A DNA stretch of 64,000 nt from Rebecca billardiae RCC1528. Taxonomy: Eukaryota; Protista; Haptophyta. The stretch spans positions 868,001 through 932,000 of the forward strand of contig OZ251250.1 of assembly GCA_965240325.2 (NCBI GenBank). Reading direction: 5' to 3'. Below the pieces are notes generated by a model, which had not been told where the DNA came from, did no database searches, and saw nothing but the letters and a program-made list of their open reading frames with translations. Positions 59,174 to 64,000 of this stretch are shown piece by piece; within the stretch, counting starts at the first letter, position 1, and each line of letters opens with the position of its first letter. A program made the translations under genes and the position numbers.

Positions 59174-61615
59174 ATGAGCCTCACGGGGATGGCGTACAGC
59201 GAGAGCGCGCCGGTGAAGCCTGTCAAGCCCAAGATGATCAAGCAGTACATGCTGGGCGAGATGCTCGGCGAGGGTGCGCGCCGGCCGCGGCGACGCGCGG
59301 CGGCGCGATGCGGCGCGCGGGCGGCCATGGCCGACCGGCGCGGCGGCGGCGGCGGCGGTGGCCGCGGGCGCACGGCGCGCGCAGCCCGCGCAGCCCGCGC
59401 AGCCCGCGCGAGGCGTGCCCGTGGCCGACGCCCGCCCCTCCTCTCCCGCCATCCCCGCCCCCTCGCCCGCCGTGCCGCACGCGCGCCGCGCATGCTCGGC
59501 GCCCGCGCGCCTGCCGCCCGCGCGCAGGCTCGTACGGCAAGGTGCGCGAGGCGATCGACTCGAACACGCTGCGGCGCGTGGCGGTGAAGATCTCGGACAA
59601 GCGCCGGCTGCGCAAGGTGCGCGGCGCGGAGGAGCAGCAGAAGCGCGAGATCGCCGTCCAGCGCAAGCTCTCGCACCGCGGCGTCGTCGAGGTGATCGAA
59701 GTGTTCACGCTACCAGAGAAGCCGGACAAAATGTATATTGTGCTCGAGCTGGTGACGGGCGGCTCGCTGCAGGCGCTGCTCGAGTCGTACGCCGACGGCA
59801 GGCTGCCGCTGTGCCTGTGCCACCGCCTCTTCGCGCAGCTCCTCGACGCGCTCGAGCACTGCCACGCCAAGGGCGTGATCCATCGCGACATCAAGCCGGC
59901 CAACCTGATGATCACGGCGGACGGGCAGCTCAAGGTGTCGGACTTTGGGTCGGCGGAGATGATCGGGCCGTACCTGAGCGAGGACACGCTCACCAAGTCG
60001 TCGGGCACGCCGGCGTTCCACAGGTGCGCGCCGCCACGCGGCGCGCGCGCGGCGCCGGCCGCGCATGCGCGCGCTCGCTCACACGTCTGCACACGCGCGC
60101 GCGCGCGCGCGCGCCCTGCGCCGCGCCGCCGCGCGGCCGCGGCCGCGGTGGCGCTCGCAGCCCGGAGGTGGCGTCGGGCTCGACGCTCTTCTCGGGCATG
60201 AAGGTGGACGTGTGGGCGGCGGGCGTGACGCTCTACTTGCTCTGCAGCGGCCAGGTGCCCTTCAGCGGCTCCTCACTGATCCACCTGTACGAGAATATCG
60301 CAAAAGGTAATATATCCGTTCCTACTGAAGAATGCCTTGATGCCTTCCATGCCTTTGCCTGCGAGTTGCTGACGCACGCACGCATCAGGCGGATGACGCG
60401 CTCCGCCGCGCGTGGCAGCGCGCGCACTGCCGGCGTGCGTGCACCGAATCGCCAGGCCGCCCCAGCGCGCGCCGCGGCCCGGTGCCTGAGTGTGCGCGCG
60501 CCGTGTTGGCGTGTTCCCGCGCCGTGCTGCGCTGTGCTGTGCTGTGCTGCCCCCGGCCTCGTGCCCCACGCGACGGCGCGGGCGGCGAGGGCGGCGTCGC
60601 CACCCCTCGGCCGCCGCCGCCGCCGCCCCGGCCCCCATCGCCTCCAGCCTCCCCCCCCTAGCTCTACCCTAACCCTAACCCTAACCCAAACACCCACCAC
60701 CCACCCTACCCCCCAGGCGAGTACGAGGTGCCGCCGTATATCGCCGCGCAGCCGCTGCTCGTCGACCTGCTGGCCAGGCTGCTGGCGGTGGACCAGGAGG
60801 AGCGCATCGCCGTGCCGGACGCGCGGCAGCACGTGTGGCTCACAGAGCCGGAGCCCGGCTGGGAGGCGGAGGCGGCCGTGGCGATCCGGGAGATCTCGAA
60901 CCGGATCCAGTCGCAGAAGTCGACGGTACTGCCCTTCATCGCCAAGCAGTATGAGGATGAGGGCGGGCAGGGGCAGGAGGGCGCGCGGCAGGGCGAGGGC
61001 GGCGGCGCGGCCGGCGGCGCGGACGGCGGCGGCCTGAGCTCCGTGATCGCGCCCGCGTGCGCCGGCGTCACCGGCGCAGGCGGCCGCATCGCCGCCGGGC
61101 TGGGCCACGCGTCCGAGTTGCTCGCGCGCAGCGTGCTGCACGCGCGCCGCGCGAGCAACCTCTCGTCGGTCGGCGATGGCGGCGGCGCAGAGTCGGCGGA
61201 CAGCGACATGTCCGCCCCGCCCGCGGTGCCAGTGGCGCGCCCCGCGATGGCCGGCGGCAGACGGCCGCCGGCCGCCGAGCGCGGCGCCGCGGAGCTACCG
61301 CCGCACCCGCTGCGGCCGCCGGCTGTGGCGCGCGGCTCATCCGCGGGCGTGCTGCGCGAGGGCGGCGCCGCTGGCCCCGCGCCGCCGTCCGCGCTGCCGC
61401 CGGGCGACGGCGACAGCGGCGGCGCGGCGAGCGACTTGGCCGCGCTCGGCGGCGGCGGCGGCGGGGTGGACCCGACCGTGGCGGCCGCCGCCGGCGCGGC
61501 GGATGGCGGAGGCGCAGGCGGGGCAGCCGCCGACCGCGCCAGGCGATCGTCCGCGCCGCCCGGGCCGGCCGCGGGTGCCGCGCCGGCATCGCAGGAGGAG
61601 TGCGCGCTACAATGA
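59174..61615 (+). CDS. STK11: Serine/threonine kinase STK11/LKB1 homolog; exons 59174-59273, 59528-60023, 60161-60306, 60717-61615
   Basis: YMLGEMLGEG|SYGKVRE..DS.TLRRVAVKI..KRRLRKV, EK..KMYIVLE, IHRDIKPANL, DFG, GTPAF..PEVASG...FSG.KVDVW, LYENIAKGEY; C-terminal CaaX (CALQ). Confidence 0.92.
60667..60690 (+). repeat. (CCCTAA)3 plus CCCAAA telomere-type repeat in STK11 intron 3
   Basis: ccctaaccctaaccctaacccaaa. Confidence 0.92.
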
Positions 61616-62583
61616 TGCGCGCGCTCTCGGGCCGTCGTTGGGCGATCCGACCGCGCCGCTTGGCATCACGGCACTCGCTCGCGGCGTCAGACGATATCGT
61701 GTATATATATATAATATAGTATTATTATATATACTATATATATACTATTATATAGTATATATATAATATATATTACATATATTACATCCTACGCAGCATT
61801 TTATATAAAAGTTTATTCATCGCGCATATATATATATATCGTCACCGTCGCGTCGATCGACAGCAATCATCAGCAAGCCAATCAATCAGCATAGCATATG
61901 CTGAGTATACTGCTAGCCAGAATCGTCTGACTCGTCCGCCATCTGATTCGATCTGACACGGTCACACGGGGTCACAGCCTGACGAGCCCGTGTTCGCCGC
62001 ATCCGAGGCGGCCGGTAGTACCGTCTGAGTAGACGGTAGTCTCAACTCGAACGACGAGCGGCTTTTGTCCTATCGGGCGCCTAGGCGGGTACGCGAATTG
62101 CGCTTATTATGTGAGCAGTACTAGTAGTGACTGCTAGTGTCGTGCCGCCGTCGGAGGCGTCGGACCGTGTCCGGTCCCGGCGAGTCGTGGCCCCGGGCAC
62201 GCGCCACGCGGCGGACGCGGCGGCACCTGCTGGTCCTGGACCTGATGGTCCTGCGCCGCCGGCGCGGCAGCGCGGCGCGCCGGCAGCCGAGCCCGTGCCG
62301 CGCAGTGACTCAGGCGACTCTCGCGAGACTCGAGTCCGAGACGGGCGAGGCGGCCTGCTTCCGGCTGCGCCCGCAGAAGCCAGAAATCAGAACTCCGCCC
62401 GCCAATAATCCGCCCGCCTTCGTCCGGCTTCCCTCGGGCGCGCGGTGGCCCGCGTGGAGCCCTGAGCCTGAGGCGGCACTAGTCGCGGCTCGCGCTTGAC
62501 GTATCGGCCGGGCTAAGCCGCTGGAGCCAATCAACGTATCGTCGTCAGTAAGTGCGTCCCTCATCCGGCCCGGCCCGCGTGAC

Positions 62584-62755
<172 letters not shown>

Positions 62756-62759
62756 AGCT

Positions 62760-64000
62760 CACAGTGCAAGAAAACGACCCAACTTGCCCCATTTAGCTGT
62801 CCGCACCACTAGTCGAGTCATCGAAAAATTCTGAAGCGGCGCGCCTAAATTCGGCGCACCATAGGCGCGTCGAATCGTGGCACAGAGCTTGGTAGCAGGC
62901 CACGCCTGAGCGCGCTGCGCGCGCCGACGCGCGCTCGGCGCGGGCAAAAAAATCATGCGCCGTTGGCATTACGCAGCCCCGCGCAGCGCTGTGCTCGAGC
63001 TCGGCGGCGGCGAAAGCGGGCGGGCGCACACGGCGGTGCCCGTGCGCGCTGCTCCGAGCGCAGCTGCGGCCACCACGGCGGCATGCCGCCGGTCGAGGGC
63101 ACGAAAACCGATTTTTCGGGAAAATGCAGAGCAGCAGCGCCCGAGCGCGCCCGAGCTCGTCGCAGCACAGTCTCCTGGTGGCTGCGCCCCGTGAAGCCAC
63201 GCCACGCGGGGCGCTGGCGTGCGCGTGGCCTGCGCCCACCGTGCGCTGCCCGATCATGGCCGTCGACCGCTCCGAGCGCCTCACCACGCGTGCTCGGGCC
63301 CGCCGGCACTGACGCCCGAGCACGGTGCCGGCAGCGCACGCAGGCGGGCGTCGGAGAAAACACGCCGGCCGAACGAGCTTGCAGCGTCCGCCGTGACGCC
63401 AACGGCTGCGGACGACGTGCGCGCCACCTCGGCGCCGGTCGCCCAGCCCTTGCGCGGCGGCGCGGGCTCGCTCGTTCGCCGCCATCAGCTGCGCGCGCGC
63501 AGCCCGATCACTGCCCGCTGGCTGTGTTGTCGAGCAGCAGCGGCATGCCACACGCACTGCCGGACATTGAGCCACAGCGCGAGCACGCGCCTCGTCTGGC
63601 ACGCGCGAGCACTCAGCACCGTGCGTGGCCACCATGACGCGCCCATCTGTGCCAGCAGCGATGAGCACGCCGCCGTTCAGCTCGCATCGGGCTCGCTCGC
63701 GACGCAGCAACGCGCGGCCGCAGCGGCAGCAGCGGCGCCGTCGAGCACGCGCGGCAAACAAATCTGCAGCGCGGGCAAGTCGACGGTCTGGCAGATGCGC
63801 GATCACGCCACAGCAGGCTGGAAGAGCCCGCCCGAGCTGCAGCATGCCGTAGGTGCTGCCCCAAGCTCTCGACTGCCCGTAAGCGGCGGCATGTGCGGCG
63901 GCGCCGGCGGCGGCCATGCTGCCCCGCGGTTGCGCGCAGCGGGGCGCCGCCGGCACCTCCGCGGTGAAGCGCACAGCGCTCGAGCCCACGGGGGCTGGCG
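62760..64000. mobile_element. Probable left end of another CACAGT-terminus element, running off the window
   Basis: cacagtgcaagaaaacg resembles the 42674 terminus cacagtgaacaaaaacg; lies 7 bp from (TA)n; shares a ccgatttt.cggg.aaat motif (~63108 versus ~42733); right TIR not visible. Confidence 0.5.

Noticed and set aside
62793-63989. 398-aa minus-strand ORF
   Set aside because: No recognisable domain, low-complexity composition, lies within a probable TE

Overview
Very GC-rich eukaryotic nuclear DNA with spliceosomal GT-AG introns (mostly GTGCGC...CGCAG). By inference it is from an alga, probably a haptophyte of the Pavlovales/Diacronema type. Most ORFs in the track are GC-rich shadow frames. 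The real genes sit in compact clusters, often head-to-head: eIF2B-alpha (5' truncated), F-box/RCC1 protein, PX-domain protein, Pro-rich type I membrane protein, axonemal FAM183-motif protein, opine dehydrogenase, secretory-pathway kinase-like protein, STPG2/SHIPPO protein, EngB GTPase, DnaJ-X protein, Sel1-repeat/MYND protein, HisC, two glycosyltransferase-like orphans, ferlin, a sugar-phosphate isomerase/epimerase and an LKB1/STK11 kinase. Between them are islands of non-autonomous TIR transposons at about 6.6-17.4, 29.4-33.6, 42.6-46.7, 48.7-50.5 and >62.7 kb. These include a three-level nest (P-like MITE inside a Harbinger element inside a fresh 1.64 kb tandem duplication) and several families sitting in (TA)n tracts. 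The most unusual signals are intron ends that are mutually complementary, (CCCTAA)n telomere-type arrays inside three long introns, a triple alternating TGATTTAAAGACA site around an orphan ORF and a foldback element, and a shuffling Sel1 array. No intact transposase, rRNA, tRNA or CRISPR array was recognised. All calls are by eye.
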